DNA of 64,000 nt from Burkholderiales bacterium (GTDB taxonomy: Bacteria > Pseudomonadota > Gammaproteobacteria > Burkholderiales > Burkholderiaceae_C): NCBI GenBank assembly GCA_038207855.1, contig JBBQZI010000001.1, forward strand, positions 1,053 to 65,052, written 5' to 3'. Within the stretch, counting starts at the first letter, position 1, and each line of letters opens with the position of its first letter. The position numbers were made by a program, and so were the translations under genes. The notes below the pieces were generated by a model, which saw only the letters and a list, made by a program, of their open reading frames with translations, was not told the DNA's origin and made no database searches. Below are positions 45,576 to 58,223 of the stretch, piece by piece.

Positions 45576-45844
45576 ATCCACCCCCAAAACCCCGCACCAT
45601 GCCGCTATTTGCCATCCCTACCCCGACGCCTCCCCATCAGCCGCTTGAAGGCCGACTGACTGAGCTGGAAATCAAAGCCAGCTTTGCCGAAGACCTGATC
45701 GACAAGCTCGACCAGATCATCACGCGCCAACAAGACCAGATCGATGCCCTGACCCACGCCATCGCGCACTTGCGCCAGCCCGCGTTGAACCAGGACAATG
45801 CCCCAACGCGCGACCCGCGCGATGATTTGCCACCGCATTATTGA
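45572..45844 (+). CDS. slyX: SlyX family protein
   Basis: LTELEIKASFAEDL...QQDQI...PPHY; start uncertain. Confidence 0.85.
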   Translation: MNPPPKPRTMPLFAIPTPTPPHQPLEGRLTELEIKASFAEDLIDKLDQIITRQQDQIDALTHAIAHLRQPALNQDNAPTRDPRDDLPPHY

Positions 45845-45951
45845 AGCCCTGCGCAATGCCACGTCCAACCCTGCCGCTGTCAGGGTTTCATCAAAAACAC
45901 GATCAAACAAAAGTGAAATAATCACGCCCATTATTTAGAGGACATCCAACC

Positions 45952-46269
45952 ATGAGCGACACCCAACAACGCATTGACGACCTGGTCAAACAAAACGACA
46001 TTTTGCTGTTCATGAAAGGCACGGCAAGCTTTCCGCAATGCGGCTTTTCGGGCCGTGCCGTGCAGATTTTGAAAGCTTGCGGGGTTGACCCCAAAGCCAT
46101 CAAAACCGTCAACGTGCTTGAAGACGATGAAATTCGTACCAGCATCAAGGACTACAGCAACTGGCCGACGATTCCGCAGTTTTACCTGAAGGGTGAATTC
46201 ATCGGCGGCTCAGACATCATGATGGAAATGTATGAAAACGGCGAGTTGCAAAAACTGCTGAACCCTTAA
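45952..46269 (+). CDS. grxD: Monothiol glutaredoxin Grx4
   Basis: FMKGT, CGFS, WPTIPQ, GGSD. Confidence 0.96.
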   Translation: MSDTQQRIDDLVKQNDILLFMKGTASFPQCGFSGRAVQILKACGVDPKAIKTVNVLEDDEIRTSIKDYSNWPTIPQFYLKGEFIGGSDIMMEMYENGELQKLLNP

Positions 46270-46889
46270 TCCCACAGCCGCTTGGCCCCTAGCACCGCGT
46301 TGGGGTAAGCGGCCTGCCCGCGTGAGCCGTTGTAGCGGCCCAGCGCCAGGAACAAGTCGCCGCCCTCACGGTCCAGATAGTGGCGCAAGATGACACAGCC
46401 AAAGCGCAAGTTGGTCTGCATGTTAAACAGCTTGCCGGCATCGCCATCGCCCAGCAGCCGCGTCCAAAACGGCATCACCTGCATGTAGCCGCGCGCGCCG
46501 ACGCTGCTGACGGCAAATTTGCGGAAATTGCTCTCCACCTGGATCAATCCCAACACCAGCGACACATCAAGCCCAGCGCGCGTGGCTTCATACCAGACGG
46601 ACTGCAAAAACTCTTGGCGCACCCTCCAGTCGGGTTTCTTCTTTCTCAGTCGCTCGCTCATGACACCCAGCCAGCGCAGGTAAACCAGCCGTGATTCGGT
46701 GTCTGGAAACTCCGGAACCAAAGGGGCATGGTTCGCAATGGCAGAGCTCAGCGCTGTCCGCACCGAGTCAATCAACGGCTCCTCGGCCTGCCTGCCAGCC
46801 CAGGATTGCTCTTGAAACAAGAGCGCACTAAGCCCTGCTAATCTGGGCAAAGTCCGTAAAACGCTTGCTATAAAGGTGCGCCGGGTCAA
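46266..46889 (-). CDS. Lytic transglycosylase (SLT domain)
   Basis: IQVES, GARGYMQVMP, YNG motifs; RR-containing N-terminus. Confidence 0.9.
   Translation of the reverse strand: MTRRTFIASVLRTLPRLAGLSALLFQEQSWAGRQAEEPLIDSVRTALSSAIANHAPLVPEFPDTESRLVYLRWLGVMSERLRKKKPDWRVRQEFLQSVWYEATRAGLDVSLVLGLIQVESNFRKFAVSSVGARGYMQVMPFWTRLLGDGDAGKLFNMQTNLRFGCVILRHYLDREGGDLFLALGRYNGSRGQAAYPNAVLGAKRLWD
46808..46861 (-). repeat. 54-bp element copy 10 (degenerate, inside the SLT N-terminus)
   Basis: TTTTACGGACT-TTGCCC-AGATTAGCAG-GGCTTAGTGC-GCTCT-TGTTTCA-AGAGC; same spacing. Confidence 0.6.
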
Positions 46890-46931
46890 TTCAATCCTTT
46901 ATTAATCGCAATAGTCCATTTGACCAAGTAG

Positions 46932-46985
46932 CGTCATTCCCGCGAAAACGGAAATCCAGTGCTCCGATCGTCATGGATGCCCGCC
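46932..46985 (+). repeat. CGTC-type REP-like palindromic element overlapping the proS 3' end
   Basis: CGTCATTCCCGCGAAAACGGAAATCCAG...TGGATGCCCGCC. Confidence 0.65.
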
Positions 46986-48722
46986 AGCCAGTTTGCCAAT
47001 CAGGAGCGCGGCGATGTCAGACAGAGGTACCGCCGTGGCGGCATCGTCGCGGCGGTGCTGGTATTCAACGTTGCCTTCTTTCAATGCCCGGTCGCCAATG
47101 TTGACGCGGTGCGGCACACCAATCAGCTCCCAGTCGGCAAACATGGCACCTGGGCGTTCGCCACGGTCGTCCAACATCACGTCCACGCCAGCAGCCAGCA
47201 ACGCGCAATAGAGCGACTCCGAGGCCGCTTTCACTTCGGCTGAGCGATCGGCGTTGATCGGGCAAATCACCACGGTGAAGGGTGCCAGCGCATCGGGCCA
47301 GATGATGCCACGGGCGTCGTGGTTTTGCTCAATGGCAGCAGCGGGCAAGCGGGTGATGCCGATGCCATAGCAGCCCATTTCCATGAACTGCGGTTTGCCG
47401 TTGTGGTCCAAGAAAGTGGCTTTCATGGCCTGGCTGTATTTGGTGCCTAGGTAAAACACATGGCCCACTTCAATGCCGCGCTCAATCGCCAGCACGCCTT
47501 GGCCGTCGGGCGATGCGTCACCGGCCACCACGTTGCGCAGGTCTGCCACCACGGTCGGGTCAGGCAAATCGCGACCCCAATTGACACCTGTGAAGTGATA
47601 GTCTTCTTCGTTGGCACCGCAAACCCAGTCGCTCATCACAGCGACCTCGCGGTCAACCACCAGCTTGACCGGCTGTTTCAAACCAAGAGGGCCGAGGTAG
47701 CCCGGTTTGCAACCAAAGTGATCTTCAATCTCGGGCACACTGGCAAAGCGGAACGCACTAAGGCCGGGTAATTTACCAACCTTGACCTCGTTCATGTCAT
47801 GGTCACCGCGCAGCAGCAGCAGCCAGACTTGCGTTTTGACGATTTCACCCTTTTCATTGAGCGCATCGGTGGCGAGTACCAGTGACTTGACCGTGTGCTG
47901 CAGCGGCAGACCCAGCAGGTCGGCCACGGCAGCACAGGTACTCTTGCCCGGTGTAGCGGTTTTATTCATCGATTGAGTGCCCGCCTTGGGTGGACCAACC
48001 GGGGCCAGTGCTTCGGCTTTTTCCATGTTGGCGGCGTAATCGCTGCCCGGACAATAAACAATGGCGTCTTCACCGGTGGCGGCAATCACCTGGAACTCTT
48101 CACTTAAATCACCACCAATGGCACCGCTATCCGCCGCCACCGCGCGGTAGGTCAGACCGAATCGGTCAAAAATACGCCGGTAGGCAGCGGCCATGACCTG
48201 GTAGCTGGCTTGTGCCGAAGCCTGGTCGCGGTCAAAGCTGTAGGCATCTTTCATGATGAACTCACGGCCCCGCATCAGACCAAAGCGCGGCCGGCGCTCG
48301 TCGCGAAATTTGGTCTGGATCTGGTAAAAATTCTTTGGCAACTGCTTGTAGCTGCGAATTTCCTGGCGCGCGATATCGGTAATCACTTCTTCGCTGGTCG
48401 GCTGCACGACAAAGTCGTTGCCGTGACGGTCTTTGATCCGCAGCAGCTCCGGGCCCATTTTGTCAAAGCGGCCGGTTTCCTGCCAAAGCTCGGCCGGTTG
48501 AACCACCGGCATGCTGAGCTCCACGGCCCCCGCGCGATTCATTTCTTCACGCACGATCGCCTCCACTTTTTGCACCACGCGCAAGCCCATCGGCATCAGC
48601 GTGTAAATGCCGGCCCCGAGCTTTTTGATCATGCCGGCGCGCATCATCAGCTTGTGGCTGACCACTTCGGCATCCGCTGGGGCCTCTTTGAGAGTTGAAA
48701 TAAAAAATTGAGAGGCTTTCAT
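46971..48722 (-). CDS. proS: Proline--tRNA ligase
   Basis: [37 protein letters not shown]. Confidence 0.97.
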   Translation of the reverse strand: MKASQFFISTLKEAPADAEVVSHKLMMRAGMIKKLGAGIYTLMPMGLRVVQKVEAIVREEMNRAGAVELSMPVVQPAELWQETGRFDKMGPELLRIKDRHGNDFVVQPTSEEVITDIARQEIRSYKQLPKNFYQIQTKFRDERRPRFGLMRGREFIMKDAYSFDRDQASAQASYQVMAAAYRRIFDRFGLTYRAVAADSGAIGGDLSEEFQVIAATGEDAIVYCPGSDYAANMEKAEALAPVGPPKAGTQSMNKTATPGKSTCAAVADLLGLPLQHTVKSLVLATDALNEKGEIVKTQVWLLLLRGDHDMNEVKVGKLPGLSAFRFASVPEIEDHFGCKPGYLGPLGLKQPVKLVVDREVAVMSDWVCGANEEDYHFTGVNWGRDLPDPTVVADLRNVVAGDASPDGQGVLAIERGIEVGHVFYLGTKYSQAMKATFLDHNGKPQFMEMGCYGIGITRLPAAAIEQNHDARGIIWPDALAPFTVVICPINADRSAEVKAASESLYCALLAAGVDVMLDDRGERPGAMFADWELIGVPHRVNIGDRALKEGNVEYQHRRDDAATAVPLSDIAALLIGKLAGGHP

Positions 48723-48814
48723 GGGCAAATCCAGCAATAAAGACAGGGTTGATTCGCTTGATTCACAGCAAGGGCTGTGCATAATCGAAGCAATTTAAAA
48801 ATTGGGGTTTGATT

Positions 48815-49408
48815 ATGCTTGACCGGGACGGCTTTAGGCCGAACGTCGGCATCGTCCTGCTCAACCAGAAAAATCAGGTGTTTTGGGGCAAGCGTATTCG
48901 GACGCACTCCTGGCAGTTTCCGCAAGGTGGCATCGATCGGGGCGAAACCCCCGAGCAAGCCATGGTGCGTGAACTGCATGAAGAAGTTGGCCTGCAACGC
49001 GAGCATATTCGCATTGTGGCCCGCACCCGAGACTGGTTGCGCTATGAGGTGCCAGACCGTTTTATACGCCGCGACTCACGCGGTTTTTACAAGGGCCAGA
49101 AGCAAATCTGGTTTTTGCTGCAACTGGTCGGCCACGACTGGGATTTGAACTTGCGTGCCACAAGCCACCCCGAGTTTGATGCCTGGCGCTGGAATGACTA
49201 CTGGGTTCCGCTCGATTCGGTGGTGGAGTTCAAGCGTGAGGTCTATGTGACGGCGCTCACCGAGTTGTCGCGCTATGTGCCGCGTGGCAACGAGCATCGC
49301 AACCGATTTTTGCGCCAAGGATGCACCGAGATGCCGGGTGCCAACTTTGAGCTACCGCCAGGTGGAACTTTTGAGCCAGACCAGCAAACCGGAAATGAAC
49401 ATGTTTGA
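48815..49408 (+). CDS. rppH: RNA pyrophosphohydrolase
   Basis: [30 protein letters not shown]. Confidence 0.96.
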   Translation: MLDRDGFRPNVGIVLLNQKNQVFWGKRIRTHSWQFPQGGIDRGETPEQAMVRELHEEVGLQREHIRIVARTRDWLRYEVPDRFIRRDSRGFYKGQKQIWFLLQLVGHDWDLNLRATSHPEFDAWRWNDYWVPLDSVVEFKREVYVTALTELSRYVPRGNEHRNRFLRQGCTEMPGANFELPPGGTFEPDQQTGNEHV

Positions 49409-49901
49409 CTTGCGATTGTTTTGCCTGCGCTTATTGGGCCTTGCGTGTCTGGTGGGTACCAGCCTTGGGGTCTCTGCGCAATTGGCCGATCAAGACCCAG
49501 ACTGGAAAGAATCCGACACGCCCGCGCCACCGGCCTTCAGCCACAACAAACTGTTGCCGCTGGACATGCCGCCCTATGTCTCGGTGCGATTTGGCATCGA
49601 CCCGGCGACGATCACCATCACGCCCGACGGCATCGTCCGCTATGTGGTGGTCACCACCAATGCCAGCGGCTCGGTCAATGCGCAGTTTGAAGGCATTCGG
49701 TGCGCCACCGGTGAGGTCAAAACCTACGCCCGTGCCAGCGGTGCTGGCGCATGGTCGATTATTCAAACGCCAGAGTGGCGCGGCTTAACTGACAACCAAC
49801 CCTCCAAACATGCCTGGGTCTTTGCGCGACAGGCAGCCTGCGATGGACGTGCCGCAGCGGCCAGTTCAACCGCTGACATCATCAGAGCCATGAAAAAGTA
49901 A
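49395..49901 (+). CDS. CNP1-like family exported protein
   Basis: Signal peptide, WKE..PPAF, DGIVRY, EGIRC. Confidence 0.8.
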   Translation: MNMFDLRLFCLRLLGLACLVGTSLGVSAQLADQDPDWKESDTPAPPAFSHNKLLPLDMPPYVSVRFGIDPATITITPDGIVRYVVVTTNASGSVNAQFEGIRCATGEVKTYARASGAGAWSIIQTPEWRGLTDNQPSKHAWVFARQAACDGRAAAASSTADIIRAMKK

Positions 49902-49937
49902 GCTGCAAACCGTCGGCTGAGCGGTGCTTACCGGGAT

Positions 49938-51083
49938 TTAACGGGGTTTAGCGGCCAGCACCAGGTTATCGCGGTGCACCATCTCGGGCTCGGCCGCGTA
50001 GCCCAGCAAGGCCTCAAACGCGGCAGACGGTTTACGACAAATCAGGCGCGCCTCGGCGCTGGCGTAATTGGCCAAACCGCGGGCCACCTCAGTGCCATTG
50101 GCAGCACGAATCGCAATCACATCACCACGCGAAAAATCACCCTCCACGCCGGTCATACCAATCGGCAGCAGGCTGGAGCCGCCCAGACGGAGTTTTTCAA
50201 CGGCACCGGCATCCACCGTGACGGAGCCACGCATTTGGAGATGATCAGCGATCCACTGTTTGCGTGCCTGGGTCTTCTGCGTCGGAGCCACCAGCAGCGT
50301 GCCAATCGACTCACCCAAACTCAACCGTAACAGCGCATCGGGCTCACGACCCCAGGCGATGATGGTCGAGGCACCCGAACCCGCCGCCCGCTTGGCCGCC
50401 AATATTTTGGTGATCATGCCGCCACGGCCCAGGCTGGAGCCAGCGCCACCCGCCATGACTTCCAGGGCCGGATCACCGGCTTGCGCCGTATGAACAAATT
50501 GAGCGCTGGTATCTTTGCGCGGGTCGGCGGTGTACAGTCCTTTTTGATCAGTCAAAATCACCAACGCGTCGGCCTCGACCAGATTGGCCACCAACGCACC
50601 CAGGGTGTCGTTGTCACCAAACTTGATCTCGTCGTTGACCACGGTGTCGTTCTCGTTGATGACCGGCACCACACCAAGTTTGAGCAGAGTCAACAAGGTC
50701 GAGCGGGCATTCAGGTAGCGTTCGCGGTCAGCCAGATCGGCGTGCGTGAGCAGCACCTGGGCGCTGCCCAGACCATGCTCGCGCAGCTTGGTTTCGTACA
50801 TTTGCGCCAGACCCATTTGCCCAACGGCGGCGGCGGCCTGCAATTCATGGATGGCACGGGGTCGCGTGGTCCAGCCCAGGCGCTTCATGCCTTCGGCAAT
50901 AGCACCGCTGGAGACCATGATGACCTCACGCCCCTGCTTCACCAGCACCGCCATCTGCCGGCACCATTCACCAATGGCAACTTCGTCCAGGCCTCGTCCC
51001 TCATTGGTCACCAGGCTGGAGCCTACTTTGACGATCACACGGCGGGCATCACGCAATGGAGAATGAGCTTTTTCTTGAGTCAT
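49938..51083 (-). CDS. proB: Glutamate 5-kinase
   Basis: VKVGSS, VSSGA, INENDTV, FGDND, GGMITK, PUA domain. Confidence 0.97.
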   Translation of the reverse strand: MTQEKAHSPLRDARRVIVKVGSSLVTNEGRGLDEVAIGEWCRQMAVLVKQGREVIMVSSGAIAEGMKRLGWTTRPRAIHELQAAAAVGQMGLAQMYETKLREHGLGSAQVLLTHADLADRERYLNARSTLLTLLKLGVVPVINENDTVVNDEIKFGDNDTLGALVANLVEADALVILTDQKGLYTADPRKDTSAQFVHTAQAGDPALEVMAGGAGSSLGRGGMITKILAAKRAAGSGASTIIAWGREPDALLRLSLGESIGTLLVAPTQKTQARKQWIADHLQMRGSVTVDAGAVEKLRLGGSSLLPIGMTGVEGDFSRGDVIAIRAANGTEVARGLANYASAEARLICRKPSAAFEALLGYAAEPEMVHRDNLVLAAKPR

Positions 51084-51135
51084 TTTGGCCTGTAGCCCTT
51101 TTACTATATGCGCAAGTAGCTATTAAATATATAGC
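51082..51135 (+). repeat. 54-bp element copy 11 (fills the obgE-proB spacer)
   Basis: ATTTTGGCCTG-TAGCCC-TTTTACTATA-TGCGCAAGTA-GCTAT-TAAATAT-ATAGC. Confidence 0.92.
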
Positions 51136-51138
51136 AAA

Positions 51139-52537
<1,399 letters not shown>

Positions 52538-52548
52538 GACTCAGCTCC

Positions 52549-52860
52549 TTATGCAGTGATGGCGCCGATCAGCAGTTCAGTGAACTGCTGGCGATGCCCT
52601 TGACGTTTTTGATAGTGCTTGCGACGGCGCATTTTGAAAATGCTGACCTTGTCGTGCTTACCATGTGCCAACACTGTGACACTAACAGTTGCGCCGGACA
52701 CCAAGGGTGTGCCAACCTTTAACTCTGCGCCGCTACCGACTGCCAGAACCTGGTCAAACACAATCTCTTGGCCAACGTCCGCAGCAATCTGTTCTACTTT
52801 AATTTTTTCGCCAGCAGCAACTTTATATTGTTTGCCACCAGTTTTTATGACCGCGTACAT
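52549..52860 (-). CDS. rplU: 50S ribosomal protein L21
   Basis: [18 protein letters not shown]. Confidence 0.98.
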   Translation of the reverse strand: MYAVIKTGGKQYKVAAGEKIKVEQIAADVGQEIVFDQVLAVGSGAELKVGTPLVSGATVSVTVLAHGKHDKVSIFKMRRRKHYQKRQGHRQQFTELLIGAITA

Positions 52861-53007
52861 ATTAACCTCTTCGATATAGCTCCGCGAACGGATTTTCGCA
52901 GAGCCTCGGATTATGTCACAGCACAACCTGAAGCGCAAATAAAGCGTTTCAGGCCGTCCCAAAACCACTGCAAACATAGTGCAAACGCGCCGTGGGACAA
53001 TCTCAAG

Positions 53008-55071
53008 ATGCACCTACTATTTGAAGAAACCGGAAAATTCCTGGCCGGACGCCTGCTCTCCGAGACCGATGCTTCGGCACAGGTCGAGCTTGATAGCGGC
53101 AAACGGGTCAAGGTCAAGGCGGCCAATATCCTGATCAAGTTCGACAAGCCCGAACCAGCCCAGCTGATGGCAGCCGGACAGGCCGTCGCCAGCGGCATCG
53201 AGCTGGAGCTGGCTTGGGAGTTTGCCAACGAAGAAGAGTTTGGCTTTGCCGACTTGGCACGCGATTATTTTTCCGCCCAGGCCACTCTGGCTGAGCAGGC
53301 CGGCATGTTGTTCGCCTTGTATGACGCGCCGCATTACTTTCGCCGCGCCGGCAAAGGGCGCTTTCGCAAAGCTTCGGCTGACATTTTGGCGCTGGCGCTG
53401 GCCGCTATCGAGAAAAAGAAACAAGTCGCCCTGCAAATTGAAGATTGGGTGAAGGCCTTGAGTGCGGGCGAGTGCCCGCAGCCAATTCGCGACCAGCTCT
53501 ACAAAATTCTGTTCAAACCCGACAAAAACGCGCCAGAGTACAAGGCGGTGGTTGAGGCCTCACGCGCCACCCATCTGGGTCCGCTGGACCTGCTGATCAA
53601 GGCCGGTGCGATCGATTCACCCTACCAGTTTCACTGGAAGCGCTTTCTGCTGGAAAACTTCCCCAAAGGCACCGGTTTCCCAAAAGTTGAGGCTCCGCTC
53701 ATCACCGACGAGTTGGCTCTGTCCACGGCCCGCGCCTTCTCGATTGACGACTCAGCCACCACCGAGATTGACGATGCCCTGTCGGTTCAGGGCCTGGGTA
53801 GCGGCACGGTGCTGCTGGGCATTCACATCGCCGCGCCAGGCCTGGCCATCAAACCGGGTAGCGCGATTGACCAGCTCGGCCGCTCGCGCCTGTCGACCGT
53901 TTACATGCCGGGCTACAAGCTCACCATGCTGCCCGACGAGGTGGTGCAAAACTACACCCTGATGGAGGGTCGCGACTGCCCGGCCGTGTCGCTGTATGTC
54001 ACGCTTGATGAGGCCACGCTGGAGATCAAGGAAAGCGTGACCAAGCTGGAGCGGGTGCACATCGGGGCCAATTTGCGCCACGATCAGTTGGATGCCGTGG
54101 TCACGACCGCTTGGTTGGAAGACCCAGCGTTTATGCATGAAATTGACCCGCATCCCTTACAGAATAAGCGCGAGCAGCTATCATTTTTATTCCGCTTGGC
54201 AAAAGACCTGAAAGCCAAGCGCGAGATCGTGCGCGGCAAGCCCGAGAACTTCAACCGGCCCGATTACAACTACCGGCTGGTCGGCAATGACGGCGCTGAG
54301 CCACAAGGCTCCGAAGAAGTGCACATCAGCATTCGCCAGCGCGGCGCACCGCTCGATTTGATTGTGTCCGAGGCCATGATTCTGGCCAACAGCACCTGGG
54401 GCGGCTGGATGGCTGAGTTGGGTGTGCCGGGCATTTACCGCAGCCAGGCCAGCATGGCACCGGGCGTGAAGGTGCGCATGGGAACCAAAGCGCAGCCGCA
54501 CGCCGGTATTGGCGTGAAAAGCTATGCCTGGAGCAGCTCGCCACTGCGCCGCTACGTTGATCTGGTTAACCAATGGCAAATCATTGCCTGTGCCCGCCAC
54601 GGCAAAACTGCTGCGCTAGCGGCCCCCTTCAAGCCCAAAGATGCCGAGCTGTTTTCCATCATCAGCAGCTTTGATGCGGCCTACTTTGCCTACAACGGTT
54701 TTCAGAACGCCATGGAGCGCTTCTGGATTTTGAAATACATCGAGCAGCAAGGCATTACCGAAATTGAGGCCACCCTGTTCAAAGACAACCTGGTGCGGGC
54801 CGACCACCTGCCGCTGGTATTGCCGGTAGCCGGGGCGCAAAGCCTGCCACGCGGCGCGCGCGTGATGGTGCGCCTGGGTGACATTGACGAGGTGTCGCTG
54901 GATATTCACGGCACCGTCACGGCGCGGCTGGATGCCGAGCCCGATGCAGCCCTGGACGACGAGGCAGAAGACGACGACACCGTGGTTGGGCCGATTGCCA
55001 TTGCCATGGACCTCAGCGATGGCGAAGCTTCCGGCAGCGCCGCTGCCCCTGGCGATCATCCCGAGCCGTGA
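53008..55071 (+). CDS. RNB-domain (RNase II/R family) exoribonuclease
   Basis: [15 protein letters not shown] catalytic motif, [17 protein letters not shown]; start trimmed to MHLLFEE. Confidence 0.9.
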   Translation: MHLLFEETGKFLAGRLLSETDASAQVELDSGKRVKVKAANILIKFDKPEPAQLMAAGQAVASGIELELAWEFANEEEFGFADLARDYFSAQATLAEQAGMLFALYDAPHYFRRAGKGRFRKASADILALALAAIEKKKQVALQIEDWVKALSAGECPQPIRDQLYKILFKPDKNAPEYKAVVEASRATHLGPLDLLIKAGAIDSPYQFHWKRFLLENFPKGTGFPKVEAPLITDELALSTARAFSIDDSATTEIDDALSVQGLGSGTVLLGIHIAAPGLAIKPGSAIDQLGRSRLSTVYMPGYKLTMLPDEVVQNYTLMEGRDCPAVSLYVTLDEATLEIKESVTKLERVHIGANLRHDQLDAVVTTAWLEDPAFMHEIDPHPLQNKREQLSFLFRLAKDLKAKREIVRGKPENFNRPDYNYRLVGNDGAEPQGSEEVHISIRQRGAPLDLIVSEAMILANSTWGGWMAELGVPGIYRSQASMAPGVKVRMGTKAQPHAGIGVKSYAWSSSPLRRYVDLVNQWQIIACARHGKTAALAAPFKPKDAELFSIISSFDAAYFAYNGFQNAMERFWILKYIEQQGITEIEATLFKDNLVRADHLPLVLPVAGAQSLPRGARVMVRLGDIDEVSLDIHGTVTARLDAEPDAALDDEAEDDDTVVGPIAIAMDLSDGEASGSAAAPGDHPEP
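54140..54193 (+). repeat. 54-bp element copy 12 (inside the RNB gene)
   Basis: AAATTGACCCG-CATCCC-TTACAGAATA-AGCGCGAGCA-GCTAT-CATTTTT-ATTCC; reads [17 protein letters not shown]. Confidence 0.75.
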
Positions 55072-55925
55072 ACCTGCGGTCATTCAGCACCCTGCAAATC
55101 GCGCTTGGCGCGTCCATTGCCGTGCACGCAGTACTGCTGACGGTGCGCTTTGTCGACCCTGAAGCCTTCAACCGGGTGTTTGAAGACACCCCGCTGGAAG
55201 TCATTTTGGTCAACGCCCGCACCAACGAGAAGCCTGAAAAAGCCCGCGCCATTGCCCAAGCCAATATGGCCGGTGGTGGTGAGCTGGAAAAGGGTCGTGC
55301 CACCAGCCCGCTGCCGCCCGCCCTGATTTCCATGACGGGCGAAGACAGCGAACAAGACCAGCAGCGCCAATTGCGCGACATGCGCGAGCAGCAAAACCTG
55401 ATGCTCGCGCAAGTCAAGACAATCTTGGCGGCCATGCCACCACCCGATCCACAACAAGTCAACCCGACACCCGAGCAAGCCCTGCGTGAGCAAAAACGCC
55501 GCCAACTGATCCGGCTGCTGGCGGAAATTGAGCGGCGCATCAACGAAGAAAATGCCCGCCCCCGAAAGCGTTACATCAGTCCCGCCACGCGCGAAGCGGT
55601 CTACGCTGTCTACTACGACCATTTGCGCCACGCCATTGAAGACAAAGGCACAGAAAACTTTCCGCAATTAAACGGCCAAAAGCTTTATGGAGAGCTCACC
55701 ATGATCGTCAACGTCAACCACGATGGCCGGGTGATCTCGACTGAAGTGGTGCAAAGCTCAGGTATACCGGCACTCGACCGGCGCGCGCAAGCCATTGCCA
55801 AAAGCGCAGCACCTTTTGGCAAGTTCAGCCCGGCCATGCGCCGCCAGGCAGACCAAATTGCGGTCGTGTCGCGCTTCAAATTCACCCGTGATGACACGCT
55901 TGAAACCAAACTCAGCGCCAAATAA
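55068..55925 (+). CDS. TonB/TolA C-terminal domain protein
   Basis: N-terminal TM helix with SxxxH, coiled coil, SSG..ALD C-terminal domain. Confidence 0.85.
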   Translation: MNLRSFSTLQIALGASIAVHAVLLTVRFVDPEAFNRVFEDTPLEVILVNARTNEKPEKARAIAQANMAGGGELEKGRATSPLPPALISMTGEDSEQDQQRQLRDMREQQNLMLAQVKTILAAMPPPDPQQVNPTPEQALREQKRRQLIRLLAEIERRINEENARPRKRYISPATREAVYAVYYDHLRHAIEDKGTENFPQLNGQKLYGELTMIVNVNHDGRVISTEVVQSSGIPALDRRAQAIAKSAAPFGKFSPAMRRQADQIAVVSRFKFTRDDTLETKLSAK

Positions 55926-55948
55926 AACCAAGCACTTTTAAAGCCACC

Positions 55949-56794
55949 ATGAGCAACGATCTTTATTGCGTGATGGGCCATCCGGTGGCCCACAGTCAAT
56001 CACCCTGGATTCACACCCGTTTTGCTGAACTGACCGGGCAAAAGCTGAACTACACCAAGCGTGAAATCCCGCTCGATCACTTTGCCGACAGCGTGCAAGC
56101 ATTCAACCTTGAAGGCGGACGCGGCTGCAACATCACCGTGCCCTTCAAGTTTGAAGCGGCTGCGCTGGCTACCCACACCAGCGAACGCGCCCGGCTGGCC
56201 CAAGCCTGTAACGTGCTGACTTTCAAAGATGGGCAAATCCTGGCTGACAACACCGATGGCATCGGACTGGTCGATGACATCGAGCAAGGCGCACAAATTG
56301 GGCTGCTGGGAAAACGCATTTTGCTGATGGGTGCCGGTGGTGCAGCCGCTGGCGTGCTGGGGCCGCTGATCCATGCAAAACCGGCCCACATCAGCGTGGC
56401 CAATCGCACAGTCCACAAGGCGGCCGACCTGGTGGCGCGCCACCAGTCGTTAGTATTGCTACAAAATACAGAGCTATCCGCGCATGATTTAAAAGGGCTA
56501 GAGGGTGATTTTGATGTTGTTATCAATGCCACCGCCAGTAGCCTGGGCGGCCATGGCGTACCGGTCAGCGCGACGGTGCTCAAGCCCGGTGCACTGGCCT
56601 ACGACATGATGTACGGGCCCAGTGCCAAGGCTTTCATGGACTGGGCGCGTGCGCACGGTGCCGTGGCGCGTGACGGCCTGGGCATGCTGGTCGAACAAGC
56701 CGCGCAAGCCTTTCTGATCTGGCGTGGTGTCATGCCGCCGGCGCAGCAGGTGCTGGCCGAACTGCGCCAGCACCTGAGCACATCCGCAAAATGA
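55949..56794 (+). CDS. aroE: Shikimate dehydrogenase
   Basis: HSQSP, NITVPFK, NTDG, GAGGAA, NRT, INAT, GLGMLVEQA. Confidence 0.96.
   Translation: MSNDLYCVMGHPVAHSQSPWIHTRFAELTGQKLNYTKREIPLDHFADSVQAFNLEGGRGCNITVPFKFEAAALATHTSERARLAQACNVLTFKDGQILADNTDGIGLVDDIEQGAQIGLLGKRILLMGAGGAAAGVLGPLIHAKPAHISVANRTVHKAADLVARHQSLVLLQNTELSAHDLKGLEGDFDVVINATASSLGGHGVPVSATVLKPGALAYDMMYGPSAKAFMDWARAHGAVARDGLGMLVEQAAQAFLIWRGVMPPAQQVLAELRQHLSTSAK
56458..56511 (-). repeat. 54-bp element copy 13 (inside aroE, antisense)
   Basis: AAATCACCCTC-TAGCCC-TTTTAAATCA-TGCGCGGATA-GCTCT-GTATTTT-GTAGC; protein reads LQNTELSAHDLKGLEGDF. Confidence 0.85.
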
Positions 56795-57576
56795 AGGCCG
56801 CACTGCGATGGCTGCTGTTGGTGCTACTGGCTGGCGTGCTGCTGCAATTGTTTTTTGTGGCACGCATCGCCACCATGCTGGTGATCGACCCGCAATCCAC
56901 GGCATTTGAGCGCTCTGAGGCCTGGCGGGTCGTCACTGAAAAGGGCACCCTGCGCTGGCGCCAACAATGGACACCCTACGCGCAAATATCCGACAAACTC
57001 AAGCGCGCCGTGATCGCCAGTGAAGACGACGGTTTTGCCAACCACGATGGGGTGGATTGGGACGCGCTGGAAAAAGCCTGGCAGAAAAACGCCAAGGCCG
57101 AAGATCAGGCTGCCAAAGCACAAGCCAGAGATGCCGCCAGACAGGCCGCGCGAAAAACCCCGGCCAAGCCCACCGCCGCGCCACCAGCAAAGCCAGCCAA
57201 AGCGCCCAAAGTAGTGGGCGGCTCCACGATTACGCAGCAACTGGCCAAAAATCTGTTTTTATCGGGCGAGCGCACGCTGTTGCGCAAGGGACAGGAATTT
57301 GTCCTGACCTTCATGCTCGAAGCCCTGCTGAGCAAGCAGCGCATTTTGGAAATTTACCTTAACAGCGTCGAATGGGGTGAAGGAGTCTTTGGTGCTGAGG
57401 CTGCGGCGCAGCATTACTTTCGCAAGCCTGCCGCCCAGCTGAATGCCTATGAAGCGGCGCGTCTGGCGGTGATGCTGCCACGTCCCAAATATTTTGAGAA
57501 GCTGCCCAACTCCAGCTACGTTGCCGGTCGTGCTGCCATCATTGCCCGTCGACTTGAAAGCGCTGAGCTGCCATGA
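56791..57576 (+). CDS. mtgA: Monofunctional peptidoglycan transglycosylase
   Basis: ASED, GGSTITQQLAKNL, RK..E, ILEIYLN; Ala/Lys/Pro-rich insert. Confidence 0.93.
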   Translation: MKAALRWLLLVLLAGVLLQLFFVARIATMLVIDPQSTAFERSEAWRVVTEKGTLRWRQQWTPYAQISDKLKRAVIASEDDGFANHDGVDWDALEKAWQKNAKAEDQAAKAQARDAARQAARKTPAKPTAAPPAKPAKAPKVVGGSTITQQLAKNLFLSGERTLLRKGQEFVLTFMLEALLSKQRILEIYLNSVEWGEGVFGAEAAAQHYFRKPAAQLNAYEAARLAVMLPRPKYFEKLPNSSYVAGRAAIIARRLESAELP

Positions 57577-58205
57577 AACCGGCTGCACTGGAGTTGCTGG
57601 CCAAGCTGATGGGCTATTTTTTGCTCGGCTTGATCCGCATTTTGACCGGTGCACAAGCACGCTGGTGGGGTTGCCCACCGAAGGCTGAGCAACGCATCTA
57701 CTTTGCCAATCACCAGAGTCACGCCGATCTGGTGATGATCTGGGCGGCGCTGCCGAAGGAACTTCGCCATAGCACCCGCGCTGTGGCAGCACGCGACTAC
57801 TGGACCAAAACCCGGTTCAGAAAATGGATCACCAGCGCGGTGTTCAATGTGATTTACGTCTCGCGTGAGCGCCACGCGGACGAAGACCCGCTAGAGCCGC
57901 TCATTGAGGCCATGCAGGCTGGCGACTCGTTGATCCTGTTTCCCGAGGGCACCCGCGGTTTTGCTGATGAGCCCCAAGCCTTCAAAGCCGGGTTGTACAA
58001 CCTAGCCTTGAAATTCCCTCAAGTTGAGTTGGTGCCAGCCTGGATCAACAACGTCCAACGCGTCATGCCCAAAGGCGAAGTAGTGCCGGTGCCGGTGTTG
58101 TGCTCGGTAACTTTTGGTGTGCCAATGCAGCTACTGCCCCGAGAAGACCGCCAGACCTTTTTGACGCGTGCCCGCAGCGCCGTGCTGGCCCTGCGCGATG
58201 TTTGA
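57573..58205 (+). CDS. Lysophospholipid acyltransferase (PlsC-like)
   Basis: NHQSHAD, FPEGTR. Confidence 0.9.
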   Translation: MKPAALELLAKLMGYFLLGLIRILTGAQARWWGCPPKAEQRIYFANHQSHADLVMIWAALPKELRHSTRAVAARDYWTKTRFRKWITSAVFNVIYVSRERHADEDPLEPLIEAMQAGDSLILFPEGTRGFADEPQAFKAGLYNLALKFPQVELVPAWINNVQRVMPKGEVVPVPVLCSVTFGVPMQLLPREDRQTFLTRARSAVLALRDV

Positions 58206-58223
58206 AGTGAGCGTTTTTTTCAC

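Noticed and set aside
48734-48780. CAGCCCTT...AAGCG similarity between proS and rppH
   Set aside because: Spacing and dyad do not fit; better explained as a divergent promoter region
52768-53007. 80-aa N-terminal extension of the RNB ORF
   Set aside because: Overlaps rplU and its promoter; ATG 53008 is the plausible start
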